From Styela clava (Eukaryota): 64,000 nucleotides of DNA. The stretch's first letter is position 1; the number at the start of each line of letters is the position of its first letter. Below, piece after piece: positions 1 to 14,259 of the stretch. The notes below the pieces were generated by a model, which had not been told where the DNA came from, made no database searches, and worked only from the letters and a program-made list of their open reading frames with translations. A program made the position numbers and the translations under genes. The DNA is taken from positions 5,022,001-5,086,000 of the forward strand of contig NC_135250.1 of assembly GCF_964204865.1 (NCBI RefSeq), read 5' to 3'.

Positions 1-15
1 TTCGTTTTTACCGTG

Positions 16-19
<4 letters not shown>

Positions 20-49
<30 letters not shown>
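20..49. repeat. (TA)n microsatellite
   Basis: Directly visible. Confidence 0.9.
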
Positions 50-50
<1 letters not shown>

Positions 51-3000
51 TGCCCCGGTATGTGTTGAATTAGAATGCTGGGAGCAATGAATTCCAGGAA
101 AAACAGAGGTTTATAATAGTACCCGCATACACATGTTTTATTGGACGCGAAATGGACATATGGATCATTTCGTTATGTTGTTGTTCTTGTTAGTTATTAA
201 TCTTTTCTTTTTCTCGTTGTGAAAAAATCACTGTCCTCAGCTAAACTAACTGCTTTGAAATTTTCAGTAGTTAAAAGATTGTATTTATCGTCAGAAGGCC
301 CGTACTTATTAATATTTCAAAAATTCTGTATGCTTTATGAGACTCGTTTTTTGTGTGCTATGACGTGATCAAAATTAAAAAATTGCGCAGCTTGTGGCGG
401 TTACGCATTTGTTGCAATCTGCTGGGCATATGAAGTCGTGTACACTGGGGTGCCGGCAGTCTACTGTGAGAGACTGCATGCCCGTATTACTTTGTTTTCG
501 TACTATTTGATCATTGTACTTTTACCATCGTGACAGACAAGTGAATACCGTACAAGAGTTCGTAAACAACCATAAATTTTCATGTTACTAAGATATTGAT
601 TGCGATAAGATATAGATTACGTTTGTATTCCTGTAAGGTCTTGGCACCACCAACTATGCATTTGCGAAACTGCGAGAGTGTGGTTTCGCCTTCTAGAATC
701 TTTTACACATTTTTACTATTTCATACTATGTTCAAAAGTTGATAACGACTGGCACCAAACCTACCTTCAATTTATATGAGTCATAACATGAGAATAGCTC
801 TATTTCCCTTTTAGGTAATACGAGAGGTACCGTTATGCTGACGTTGGTATATGAATATTAGATACAATTTTTAACAAAGACGGATCTACCAGCATGCGAT
901 GTCCACCGAAGAATTATTCTTAAATAAATCGTTCTGTTGTTCGATTATTGTTATTCACAAAATGTCACCTATACCGCAAATTACAACGCGAGAAAAGTGG
1001 CGATGTCTCCGTTCGTTTTCACATATCATTCTAGTAGCCCAAAGACGCGGTTACGAAAAAATTCTTTTGAAGTAAAAAAACGCTTCAAATCGTGTTTAAA
1101 TCTTCGTATGAAAATCAAATTGCCTATTCACAAAGTGGGGATACAATTGTGTTTCTGATGAAGTGCATACTCCCATAATAATATTCACTCAAAAGGAACC
1201 GTATTTTAAACTTGTGTCACGGGCAAAACTGTATAGATAATATTAGTGTGTTTTTCTGCGCCATATATTGACCCTTTTGACAGCCTTTCGATTTTTATTA
1301 TGCTGCCTGTAGGCAAACGTGATGTTTGCAATTTATTAACCATGTCCGACCATTGAAATAATATATTTCAATATAGGAACGCACTCACACCGAGCGCCGA
1401 CTGAAGACAAATTTTTCCCATCCGTATAAACTAAATTGTTTTTTTAATTGCCAGTTGAACCTACCAGTTAGCGGGTCAAGGGTTTTTCAAAAAATTTGAG
1501 GAGTCTAAAAAGCATTTCAAGCGACGAAATATTGCCATGTATGATATAGAAAAAATGTTTTTCTTTTACATTTTAGTTCCGAATACTACATTTTGAAATC
1601 AATAGAGAAAATAGAATATATTTGCACAGACTCTGACGCATTCTTCAACATTAGAATAAAGGTTAGGACTTTTGAAATCGTTGAAAGAACATTATTACAT
1701 TAAAATTCTTCCAGGCAGTTAATTGTGATTGCCTTCAAAATAAAAATCGCTTCTAAAAGGAAGGTTTAGAGCTCTCTGCTGAGGAGGCCATTCAGATGAT
1801 TAACGATCAGGACGATATATCCCATCGCCATTCGAACAAACAGGAAGATCGATAATCAGACATATATTCAGTTCTATAATACAAGATAAGCATCTATCTA
1901 ACGATTCATTATTTGCGTGCTAAGACGCCGGTGACGTGGCGTGTCGACAGTTGAATATTGCTCATGTTTGCAAAGTTGTTCTTGTCAGTTAAACTTCAAC
2001 CGTTTTTGAATTGATTGTGTTCATATTTGGTAAAAGAATAGTATGACGGTACCATTTTGTGCCCATAGGCTAACAGCGAAAACCGCTTTTGTTCACAAAT
2101 TTCAGATTAATCGGCATCACTGATTCAAACAAAAGTACTTTAATACATATGGTCGAGTTTGGACCTTATCTTAGACCATACTTTTTCAAGCTCGCCAATG
2201 GCATAACCTATCTATGGATGACGGTGCAACAATGAAAAAATTCAAAAACTTTGTAAACTTGAAACTTGACTGCATCGTAGCACCTCGAGGCGATTATTAG
2301 TTGTTTGTGGTTCGCTGTCCCGGCTTGCGTTAGCGCGAAGTTAAATATAGCGTGTTTGCACCACCTTTTTCGTATTTGCAGACCAAATTAATTTTTATCC
2401 GTTTTGCCCATTCATGTTTTTCGTTGTCATGGTACCGGTCGGCTCGCTGCCGTTTTCTAATCCAAAATTTGAAATATAAGCAGAAGCCCTGAAGTACCAT
2501 TAACGCAAAAAGAATTTAACGAAATTTTATATCTGTTATATTTATTGCGATTAGCAGAATAAAGTCACCGTACATTTTTGCACTCGCTCGCAGTTGATTT
2601 TCTCAATTACTATTTTATTTCGTTATGGTTTCGCTTAAACTAATTTCCCAATTTTGTTACAATTATGGTAACATGCGTCATATAAAATCTTCGAAATGGC
2701 AATTTTTAGCAAACCATAATATACACTTCAAGACACGATTAATGTTGATTGCTACTAATTTAAATAGTAATTTGAACGTTTTGATAAAGTTCCTTTAATA
2801 TTTTTGCAAGCTATTAAAAAAAACATTGGATATAGTGACATTTTAGGTATATGACCCTTTTCAATAATAGTTCACTAAAGAACTGTGTTGACACAAATCT
2901 AACCGATAAATCATTTTTAGCAATTTTTCTGTTGTAGTTGCTACAAAAGGTCGATTTATCTCTGAATACGTTTTTTTCAAATTTTCATTAGTTTGAGATG

Positions 3001-3837
3001 GAAGTGAAGTGTCTTATGGAGTATTAATTATTTAATTTCGTAATCTTTTTAGACTATTTTTTAGCACAAATTTTGTCGATTCAAAAAAGGTGGCATATGT
3101 ATATGTATTTTCTACAGAATGCTGTCCATTCGTCCTAAACGATTAGATCAAGTGAATAAACGGCAATGACTTGATTTAAAAAACACAAATTAGCAATTAG
3201 TTAAAATGTGATGATGTTTTTTAACAAAATGTACAGTTTATACCCCACAAAATTTGGTATTCCCATAGTGTGTGTACCAGATTAGGGTTAGGCCATTATT
3301 TTATTCCGATTTTCTTTATTTTAATGCTATTACGAGTTCGGGGACTGTCTGTGTTAGCCGAGTGAATATACCCCCTTTCCATAGTTTTTAGTCTCCTAAC
3401 ACAACTTGATGTACCAAAATTAGTTACCTCCGTATTGGTAAACACACTTCTGGAGCGCCCAAAATTTTCGTTTTTAGACTAAAATATTTTTATTTAAACT
3501 TTCGATATTTTACGTGATATGTTTTTATATCTTTGTGACATCACTAAGTTAACCTTACGTATTTTTATAAATGACTTCATGAATCAAAATAGACGTTGAT
3601 ATAAATTATTAGATTTTAATATATTTTGAAAACTCATTTACGGATCAAATTACCCTATAATTTATGTAAATTATCAATTACGTTCTTAACTATTTGTGTC
3701 ATTTTTATTAAAAAATTTATAATATAAATATAGACATTAATTAGAGACTCACTGCCCTACATGATAACGATATGCCCTAGGTCATATCGTTATATAACTA
3801 AATCTTTTGTTTACGTTACGTTCAAATTAATTTTGGA

Positions 3838-4050
3838 TAAATTCGTCAGCGGCTATTAAGGCCGGCGGTCATTGAAATAATTTAAATAAAAAATGTTATT
3901 AGATTAAGCTAATTTATGAAAATGAAATAATATTTCAAGGTGAACAATGGCATATAAAATTCGTTAGCGGCCATTAACCCTGGCGGTCGTTGTACTAATT
4001 TATGAAAAAGTAATTATATTTTAAGGTGAACAATGGCATATGAAATTCGG
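3838..4050. repeat. Short tandem duplication of about 117 bp
   Basis: aaattcgt.agcggc.attaa..c.ggcggtc and aaggtgaacaatggcatat each occur twice. Confidence 0.7.
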
Positions 4051-7000
4051 CTCGACACACCAGCAATACTTCATGAATAGTTATCAAGATGTGATATGTA
4101 GGGATGGTATACATTATATCATCTACACTTAACAGTAAATGCCAAATAGCTGTTTGTGTGTGTCTCCGGTGATTCGACCGGAGGCTAAGTCACCTCTCAC
4201 GGTCATATTAATATTTGTTCGTCGCACCATGCTTTGTTTAACAATGGCTAAGTCGGCCCAATCTTCTCCTATACTAAAAGGTATTATATTGTGTTTGTAT
4301 CAAATTGTTGTCGACTTGGGGACACTCAATGTAACTGTCGGTGTTTGACGTTTACAGCGTAAGACCTAAAAATAGAATATAACAGTGAGCATAATCTGCG
4401 GATTACCACGAGAGAAACCTTGTCACCTTTTAGAAATGACAGATTATGCAGCTTTAAATCCGATTTTTTTTGTTGGCATTTTACATTCAGTCTTACCTTT
4501 AGAATAATGGCATTGTGAACAATGAATTGTGTCTGATTGTAATAATTCGAACAATTGCTAATAAAAACCGATTTTTACAAATAATTTTATTGCATAGGCA
4601 AATATTTTTAATCTTGTGCGTAATAAAAAGCAATACATTATGACATATAAATTACGTCATAATTGTAAACCAAATGTCATTTTCGTGAAAATGCGCTTTG
4701 TGACCAAATGCTGGGGGTACATACTGATCTGTAGTTAAAACTAATCCACATAATAGCTTTAATTGTGTCAGTAGTTGATTAAAACTTATGCAAGAAACAG
4801 GCGCTGACCGCGCAGAATCTATTTTAGCTAATTTCCATACAAAACCATGTTGGTTTTCCCTCATTTGGACACGAAATGGAAATATGAATCGTTTTGCAAA
4901 TAATTGTGCTTCATCTTATTGCTGGGTGATGAAAGTTGCCGTGAACAAATCGCTTTTTTTCGTGACTAGGGATTGCGAAATCGAGTCTGGATTCGATCAC
5001 AGAATCGATTCTCCGCGGAATCGACTAGAATCGATGCATTGGAATCGATTCTTAAGGTTATAACTTGGATTGCAAACAATGTGTAACGTTTTATGGCAAG
5101 TCCTTCACTTATATTATAAGCATAAACTGCTTTACTGCTATGCTGAGTTGCTACAATTACAAACTTCGCTATATATCTGTGTATTTGTCGCTAGAAGGTG
5201 CTTATTTATTTCAAAAGTCTCTGTGGGTTCTGAGAGATTCATTTTTTTTGTGCGGTTTTGTCTACTGTGACAGATTGAACACCCTTATTACTTACTTTTG
5301 ACATTTTTGTTCTTTCATATATTTGAACATAGCTCTCGTGTTTCATTTCATATAGTATTGTTCCAGTGGGTATGCTTTCTCGGCAAGTTATGTCGGGGAA
5401 TCGAGAAATGGAATCGAAAATTTAGAAATTGGATAAGAATCGAATACTTGTAAGTAGTCATATACTTAGCATCCTTATTCGTGACAAATATACCAATCGA
5501 TATCGAATTTTCAGCATTTAAGAGGGAAAGAGTAGCTAGCAAGCTATTACTTTACTATTAATTTTTTTTTCGTGTCTCCCATCATTTCCATGGGACCTAC
5601 TTTTCCAGAAATTTTAAAGATTTATTTCATTGGAAGTGAACATCCTTTCATCATACTTGACCGTCTTTGTCACACTTGTCTCACTCGGCCGATCTTTTTA
5701 GCAAACGTGATGCTTTAAAGCCGTACCGGTACCGACGCGCAACTTGTGGCCGCAAACTTGAGCAATTGATTGCTATCTTGTTTTGCTTATGACCACCATA
5801 CATGCTAAAATAATCAAATTAAATAACTTTAATTTCCACAAAACAATATAATTTGAAGGTCTAACTTTTATCTAATGACACATAATTACTACTTGTTTCG
5901 AACTATTTGTGGTGTACTTGGCGAGAAATTGTAAGGAGAAGTAATAACAATTTATTTAAAATAACACCGTCACAAAATATACGAAAAATGTAGGAGGCTT
6001 GATAATTTGCACTTTGAATTAAAAAATTAACCGGATATTGGGTTAAATTGTTGTGGTGTACATAATTTCAAATAAGGTCAGAATACCCGCAAATAATTTT
6101 AATTTTGTTATAAATAAACCGCACTTTCCTGAAAGAGATATTTCTTCAAACAATCACCATTGTTGAGACTGTTGTTGCTGTACTGAAGTCGAAATCAGGG
6201 TCGCATATAAAAATGTAGGAAGTCAAAATTGTGTAACATCCAAAATTGGAAACCGGTTTGAAATTTCAAAAAACCGAGAGTCTAAGTCTAGACCGCAACT
6301 CGAATAAATATAAAACACCAAATTTTTGTAAACAATATTTTGAAATTACAAAGCTGTAGTTTTATTAGACACGTCAGTGGACAAAACGATCGTTTTGCAT
6401 TTTATGCCGGCACTCTTCTTTTTCTTGTTCTTTGACACGTTTTTAAAAAGTCGCTTTTAGCTTTGATTACTGGACCAATCTCTGAAAAATTTTCGGTGCT
6501 CGAAAATTAAATTTCCCGCTAGAAGGCTATTACTTTTATTTATTTCAAATATTCCGGTGAGCTGCGTGAGATTCGTTTTTTTGTGTGTGCTATGACGTCA
6601 TCCGAATTCGCCACTAGGTGGTGCTGCGTGTCCATAAATTTGAGCGTAGCTCTTTCGTTAAAATTTTTATCACTTCGATATCGACAGCAGGAGCCGGATT
6701 TTATCTTCCAATTTCGGAGTTTATAACTGTAATTCCGCATCCTCAGTGTCGATTCCAATGACGACCCATCCTCCCGAGACCTAATTTCTTTGATAACGAT
6801 GCAAGTTATCGAAATTTGCATTATATTCTAAACACTTTTTATGGTTTATGTAAAGACAGGGTGCTCCTAATGTATGCGTACCAAGGTTGCGGACACCGGA
6901 ACGTAGTATGTGTACCAGGTTAGGGTTGGGCCATAATTTTATTCTAATATTTCCTATTTCAGTTCTATTACGCGTTCGGGGACTGGACAAGTGACTCCCG

Positions 7001-9847
7001 TAGTATTTGTACCTAACATTATGGCCTAACCCTAACCTGGTCCGACATCTTGGTATGCATACTTCAAGAGTATCAAAGACAGATAGTTTCTAAGAAGTAA
7101 TATAACCCATAAAATGGAGTTCTTTCATAACTCAAAAAAAATAAATATTAGTATACGAAAATGAAATTATCCCATAAGTGACGTTATTTCCTCTCACTAT
7201 CAATGTCGCATTGTGAATCAGGCAAACAAATTTCAAATTAATTGAATGAATAAAATCCACATGCATTTTGCTGTAATTTGTTGCTAGAGTCACTTTGGGA
7301 TAACTAAATCAATTTTTAATAAGAATATATTTTGCAATATGATATTTTCAGATAAAAAAAGTTTACTTATAAATTCCAACTTATTTTTTTTGTTATTCTC
7401 AAACGTTTGATAATGAAAGTAGATTAATCACCCTTGTTGGCATCACAATATATGAAATTTGATACATCTTAGATTACGGTATCACGTCTCGTATCTGCTC
7501 CACGGCGTCATTACTTCCGCAGAACGTTTTAACGATTTTCGGTATTTTCGACGATGATGACAATCATAATTGGATAAGTCGTGACAATCGGAGAAAAAAA
7601 TTTGGAGGAAATACAAGCTTCGCAAGTGGTACGAAAACAGAAATTTGGAATAATAGAATTTTTCGATAAGTCTACGAAGGCTTCTTTCTATACTGCTGGT
7701 AAATATGATACTCTTGAAAATAATCTTCCTGAACTCGATCCTAGAAAATACGTCATTCATTGACCTCTAAATTTAGCGTGTTTTCGTCTCAACTCACATG
7801 GGATAATCATTACCCACTTAACCAGAGGTTCTCAAATAAAAACATGTTGAAAATGCGTGTGAATAATAAAGAAATGTAAATATCCAAACTAAGGTGAGCA
7901 AGATCAAATCTAACAAATATATTTTAATTATCTTCACGCCCCTCAAAAACGTGTCCACGCCCCCTTGTGAAAACCACCCCACCGTTTGAAATCCACTGTA
8001 CTGAAGCATTTAATTTGAAGCTTGTTTTCTGTATGCTCTACTCTACTCTTTGCGCTTTGTGACCCATAAACTCGACGTAGTGAAATAAGTACAGGCCGGC
8101 TGATCACAAAATTTATTTGTCCCTTTCATGACTTGCGCTTAAGAGAAAAATGTTGGATTGTCGAAAACTACGATGGACACTAGCGTACTGAATGGGGTAA
8201 GGGCATAGAACCAGTGCCATTATTAGGCTCTTTGTTTCATCTCGAATCTTGCAATCGGTGCGCATATTGCGCCACCACGTGGCATTCGGTCAGTCTAGCC
8301 CGCCACATTTTGACAAGTCCGACTTGAATTTAATGATGAGATAACAGATTTTTGCGTTCCAGAAGTGTGTGTACCAATATTGAAGCAACTAATTTTGTTC
8401 GCCAACTTTACATCAAGTTGTGTTAAGAGACTGAAGCCTATGGACAGGAGGTATATTCACTTGGCTAACACAGACAGTCCCCGATCTGGTAATAGAACTA
8501 AAATAAGAAAATCGGAATAATATTATGGCCTAACCCTAACCTGGTACACTCACTAAGGGAATACCCAGATTTCTGTGTTGCACAGATTACTATTGTATTA
8601 TGCAAGTCATCTGACTATCGTGTCCATATAATAGAACATTGCGCTTTTGCATAATGGAGGAATCAAATGTCCACAAACATACTGCATATATGTTTCATCT
8701 AATTTGCCAACGTCGGTAATGTTTCTCGTATTGCCTGATAAATTTTCTTCGTCAATTGGACATTCATTAATTCCAACGGACACGAACACGAAATGAACTT
8801 TTGGATCGTTTTGTTATTAAGTTGTTGTTCTCGTGTTTTTTTTTCTTGTTGTTATGAAAAATCGCCTTACTCTTTGATTACTGAACCAAATCATTTGAAA
8901 TTTCAGAAATAAAAAGTTACTAACTTCAAAAATTTCTGTGGACTCGATGGGATTCATTTTGTGTGCGAGGCGATAACGACATCAAAATTAAGAAAAAAAT
9001 TGTCCAACCTGCGCCATCTGGTGGCGGAGACTGCGGTACCAGTAGTCTACGATAAACGATTAAATATCCGTACTACTTCGTTTTGGTCTCCGCGTCCATA
9101 CATTTGAGCATTGCTCTCTTGTTTTTTTTGTCTTCCAGTTTTAATGACTTTCAACCCGCAAAAGTATTAGGTCAATGTCGTGTTTTATTCCCATCATGCT
9201 GATGTATCACCATTATTTCGAGAATAACCACGAAATCGAAGTTCTACAATGATGGCATTGCGTTTTGAAGTAAATATAAAAAAAACATATTCATATCTGC
9301 ATATTTTCTTGCCAATATTGGTTATGACATCGAAAACGTCTAGCGGGACTAGATTCACTATAAATAAGATAATAAGGCAGTAAACTGCTGCTGAGAATGA
9401 ACTAAATGAAAACTACTACAAAATGAACCCCAAATACAAAGATTAAAAGATACAATTGTTGATCTAAATAGCCGTGGAAAGTAACTTGGTAACTTGCTAG
9501 AGAACTAAAATGACCTTTTTTAACGGCAAAACAAATACAGACAATAAGTTAATTTAAACTCTGCTCGCGGGTTATTTATGAATCTTGTGCTTCAATTGGC
9601 GGAATACATTTTACTATTAATATTGCAATATCAGGAGCTAAAAACAACGCAATGCGACTGAAAAAAGTGTTTGAATAATGAAGTATTCGATTAGAATGAC
9701 CAGCCCTACAGCTGCAGCTTAATTCAGTCAGTCCACGAACACATATCGGAATACCTAAGTGAACTAAACGTCGATATTTTTACGGTTCATTATTCTGGCA
9801 AGTATTTGACCAGTTCGTCGATGGTGGCATTATCGAGGGCTTCCAGA

Positions 9848-10023
9848 CAGTGGTGGGATTCAATTTTTTTTGTCAACCGGTTCCACCACAAAAGTCATAT
9901 TTTTTAGCCGGTTCTGTTACAAAAAGTCATTGAGATTAACCACTAATGCTAACCGGTTCGCTGATCTCAAATAATTTCATGAGTTCTATAGAACCGGTGC
10001 GAACCGGTTGAATCCCACCACTG
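9848..10023. mobile_element. Short MITE, hAT-like
   Basis: TIR cagtggtgggattcaa / ttgaatcccaccactg, aaccggt repeats, degenerate TSD cttccaga / ctttcagg. Confidence 0.8.
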
Positions 10024-11467
10024 CTTTCAGGCCCTCTGATAGCTTGATTACTAATACAACGACTTGGATCCATTATGCCTGGGGTATTTTTCAAAGTTTA
10101 AACTTTGCGCTATGAAGGACTGTTGGAGATGGCCCTGGTTATGTTCAGTTTGTCACTCTGAGAACATCCAGCCATGCGCATAATCCATCATTGCCTACAT
10201 GATAATATCACATAGATCATGATTCGTATGAATAACTCACTAATCTATAACTTTCATATATTATTTCATTCGCTCATTCTATATATATAGAATCATCCTA
10301 TATATATTCAAATTGTTACGAGTGGTGGCGGGATTCAGGTCGTTTGCGCCAGCCCGTTCTTGGAATGCCATGATATTGAGCGAACCCGCCTTTTACGTTC
10401 TTGTTTTGTATATGATGCATATGAAGCGTCTTGTTAATGTATCTTACGCAGTGACAGCGTACATTTTCTGAAATGAGAAACCTGTTTTAGTGAGTTCGAT
10501 AAAGCAGCGAGCTTTAAGTATGTCCAATATACCTGTAACACTGGGGTTCTCAGACTTTTGGTCTTATGAGTGGTCTTACCCGTGAAGAGGTCGACTATAC
10601 TATTTACAAAGCCCCGCAATTAATTTATAAAAAGATATTTATCTATTCAATTTTATTGATAATTCAATATTTGAATTGCCTTGTTGCCATATTTCGATGC
10701 TAACGTTGTCAAATTTTGCCGTTATTGCTTCGTTGGACAGTTACAAAATTAGTCAAGTGAGTATTTTAACATGTAAACAAATAACTCGCGGAGCCCCAGA
10801 GTTTCTCTCATGCATAGATTGAAGTAACGACCGTTCAATATATTCTTTTCAGTTCGAATAGACAATTCACTTTATTAGAACATGTTGACATTGGCCAATA
10901 AAAACCACCGCAAGGTGAAATATTTCTTGTTTTACGGAATTTCGTGATAATAATATTTCCTAATTCATCCGATGAATAATCAAAAATTTTAAAATGAATA
11001 TATAAGAATAATCAAATGTATTGAAGGGCAGATGTTTTATAGTCGATGCAGACTTAATAATTTCTTTACGGAATATAAAAAGCATGCTCATTTTGACAGC
11101 CATTAAAACTATAATAAATAAAAATCATCTAACTAAGACGAAGTCCGAAGTATCGTAACAGAGATTTGAAAATAACATAAAATCCCCGCTAGCTATATAA
11201 TGGCTGATTAACAATAATAATATCCAACTTTGTAAATAAACAAATCATGTTTAAGTAACGAACACAAAACTTGTTGTAAACAAATAAAACATGTCGTTCA
11301 TGGTGGTATTTGGGCACAGTCAGATTATTTAACTAGATTGTGAAAATTTGAAGACGGCGCAGTAGTTAACTTTGTAATAGCTGTAATTAATTATAAACTT
11401 ACTGAAGTACGGTACAATGTCCTGGAAGGTTCAAATTTTTAATTTGTATCCTGTAGATTTCCGCTAT

Positions 11468-11719
11468 CAGGGTGGTCGCAAGAAAAGCATAAAATTTGAA
11501 GGGCAAACGAGAGCACGAATAAAATGCGTGCATACTCAATTCTTTTTCAATACATTTTTATTTCTTCTAAGTTCTAGGTTGTTTTAGGGTGATACCTTTT
11601 AGGTTCTATTTGATTTCTTTAATATTCCGTGTAATATAACATATGCCTTTAAAACTTGGTTATTCTTTGTTAACTGAATAGCTGTTTGACAAATATTCTG
11701 CTTTTCTGGCAACCACCTG
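11468..11719. mobile_element. MITE with cagggtggtcgc termini (Tc1/mariner-like); related copies at 48119-49327 and 62732-62992
   Basis: TIR cagggtggtcgc.agaaaagca / tgcttttct.gc.accac(c)ctg; same position in both duplication arms. Confidence 0.75.
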
Positions 11720-11914
11720 TAGTTAATACGTTTGTCTATTTATTCGCCATTAGGGCTGGGCATTTTTGAATACCTGATGATTTCAGAATCGAATCGAATA
11801 TTTTGCTCTGAACCGATTCGAATAATTTACTATTCGATTTGACTATTCGATTCGAAATGCCCAGCCATATTCATGTAAAATCCCCCTTGTTCCGCCGGTA
11901 CGGGGGAACCGGTA

Positions 11915-12346
11915 CGAATGTTACTTCAGATGGCGAAACCAGGGCCATTACTAATTCCAGTGTGTCACAGGTATGGCCAGCCAGTCAGTTACTCCAACTG
12001 GGTGTACTTCAATAGAATTTACATATTTATCCAGGGGAGGAAAGCCGATAATACGGCCTATCATTATTGCGAACAACGGACTCTCGGCCGGTTACCATTT
12101 CATGTCGGATATGGTATTAGTTAGTTATTGGTTTTCGGAAGCATGGACTTGATGGTGGAGGGGAGGTATAGCTGTAACCGACCAACGGTTACGTGAACCA
12201 CCCTACGACGGCGAGGAGTCCAGCTATCCTCTCACACATAACTATCCCCGCATGGGATTCGAACCTGCGAACCCACGCAGAATAATCAGAGGTGCGGTGG
12301 CGAGCGTATTCCTAACGCTTAGCACGATGAGCCACACCGCCGCCGC
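11915..12346 (-). mobile_element. tRNA-derived SINE
   Basis: Minus strand starts ggcggcggtgtggctcatcgtg (A-box-like) with ggttcgaatccc (B-box), followed by a non-tRNA body that recurs near 30810-31000 and 45110-45330. Confidence 0.75.
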
Positions 12347-12663
12347 GATTTACTGAACTAATGAAATTTAACTAGTGAAACTGAACTAATTCCATCCAAA
12401 TGAGTGCCACATGCAATTTGACAGTAGGTGATTTAATTTTTCCTTTAATGACCCAATTGTTCACTTCCTTCGTGCTAGAAATTCCTTTCAAAGTTTTGTT
12501 TGTCTACTTTGGTTTAATTTTTTGTCTTTGACCTGGGTATCGTGGGACGAATGCGATATTCTGATATCAGAGTAAAATTTTAGATAAAAGATGAATTGTT
12601 TTTTAGAATGATTGAAATATACATCATATGAAAGAAATTTCCTATAGTTTGCAATACAATCAA

Positions 12664-12894
12664 GGGTCCCCCTAAAGTATGTGAACCAAGATGACGGACA
12701 CCGGAACGTAGTATGTGTATCAGGTTAGGGTTAGGCCATAATTTTTGGTACAAATACTACAGGAGTCACTTGGCTAGTCCCCGAACTCGTAATGGAGCTA
12801 AAATAAGGAAAATTGGAATAAAATTACAGCCTAACCTGGTACACATAATACGTTCCGGTGTCCGCCATCTTAGTTCACATACTACGGGATTACC
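12664..12894. mobile_element. Palindromic MITE, same family as 13842-14077
   Basis: Same TIR and internal gtcacttggctagtccccgaactcgtaat core. Confidence 0.85.
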
Positions 12895-13841
12895 GATTAA
12901 AATATGCATCATATGAAAGAAATCTCCTATATATAATATAGTTTGCAATGCAGTCAAAAGAGAGGCTGACTGAAGGTCGCGTCAGGCGTACTGGCGTTGG
13001 GTTACGCAATCTTTCTTAGAGTTAGCTTTCTTCATTTTTCATACATTTTTCGTTTATCATTTGATCATATATAGTTCAATCCATTCGTACATAGTCTTGA
13101 TTGGCATATAAGTAGTGAGTAAGTAGTAAGTAAGTAGTAAGTAAGTTGAGTTCATATGTTGGTCGCAGCTTGTATTCATGTATTCCGTACATAGTCGCAT
13201 GTGATTATCGAAGGTACATTCGTTAGTAAGGTGTAGCCCGACGCGAACGGACAGCCTCGAAAAACTGGCTTTTGAGGATGGATTTTATACAGTACAATAT
13301 CCAGTAACCTAATGTGTATGGTGACTTTAAATATTATTGTGATTGGGAGGTGTGATAAAGGCGTGAAAGTGAATTCGGTAAGCATAGGTATTTCGACAAA
13401 CAACGCCCTCCATATACCTATTGTCATGTGGTGATGCGTTGAGTACACATTACACTGTAAAGCTGTCGGGACCAGACGTCACGAGTGCTTTTTGTTGAAA
13501 ATCAATGTGAGATTTTACACGAAGAGCCTTATATCATTGTTGTATTGGTTTGGAGAACTAACTGAGGGAAATATCCTCAAGTTTAGCATCAGGCAAATTT
13601 ATAAAGTTTTATTCCCAAGGGCTTAGAAATATAATCAATATAGCAAAGCTCTGCGACTCTTGGACTCCTGACTTTGTACAAAAACATTATATATATCCAT
13701 CGACCATCATGTGTTAGCGACATGTTTTTTGTGAAATAAATCACTCGAATGATTGAATTGATTTTTATCCATACATATAGTAACTTGCAATGATCTATTA
13801 GCATCAACGAACCATCACTCCAGCATATTGATATTTTGTTT

Positions 13842-14077
13842 GGTACTCCCGTAGTATGTGAACCAAGATGGCGGACACCGGAACGTAGTATGTGTACCAA
13901 GTTGGGGTAAGGTCATAATTTCAGGTACAAATATTACGGAAGTCACTTGGCTAGTCCCCGAACTCGTAATGGAACTGAAATAGGGAAAATTGGAATAAAA
14001 TTATGGCTTAACCCTAACCTGGTACACATCTTACGTTCCGGTGTCCACCATCTTGGTTCACATACTTCGGGAATACC
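13842..14077. mobile_element. About 235-bp palindromic MITE family with ggttagggttagg core (representative copy)
   Basis: About 75-bp TIR ggtactcccg.agtatgtgaaccaagatggcggacaccggaacgtag...; other copies or variants near 3255-3460, 6859-7070, 8350-8570, 12664-12894, 14756-14989, 15995-16222, 19251-19456, 24710-24937, 26538-26776. Confidence 0.88.
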
Positions 14078-14259
14078 ATTAAAATAGCTGTATACGTGCA
14101 AGTTCAATATTGCTTTAAAAAAATTCACTCTGGTATGTTTTCGTATTTTTCTACTTCAGTTAAGATTATATATTTGTTTAAAGATCGTAAGGCAGATAAG
14201 GTATTCTGATAAGTACAATCACCATCATAATTTTTATATGTAAATACTTCTTCAACAAT

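Noticed and set aside
6900-7045. TTAGGG-like sequence as interstitial telomere
   Set aside because: Only about two units, always embedded in the MITE inverted repeats.
7473-7763. Exon-like stretch and 60-aa ORF (one frame contains SRDNRR)
   Set aside because: No recognisable domain, no partner exons, frames inconsistent; resemblance to the NRRL motif is probably chance.
937-9500. Short ORFs of 60-93 aa in the first 9.5 kb
   Set aside because: Mostly non-ATG starts or overlapping repeats; no motifs or consistent splice structure.
12250-12346. tRNA gene candidate (A and B boxes)
   Set aside because: No convincing cloverleaf and it continues into a dispersed repeat body; treated as a SINE head.
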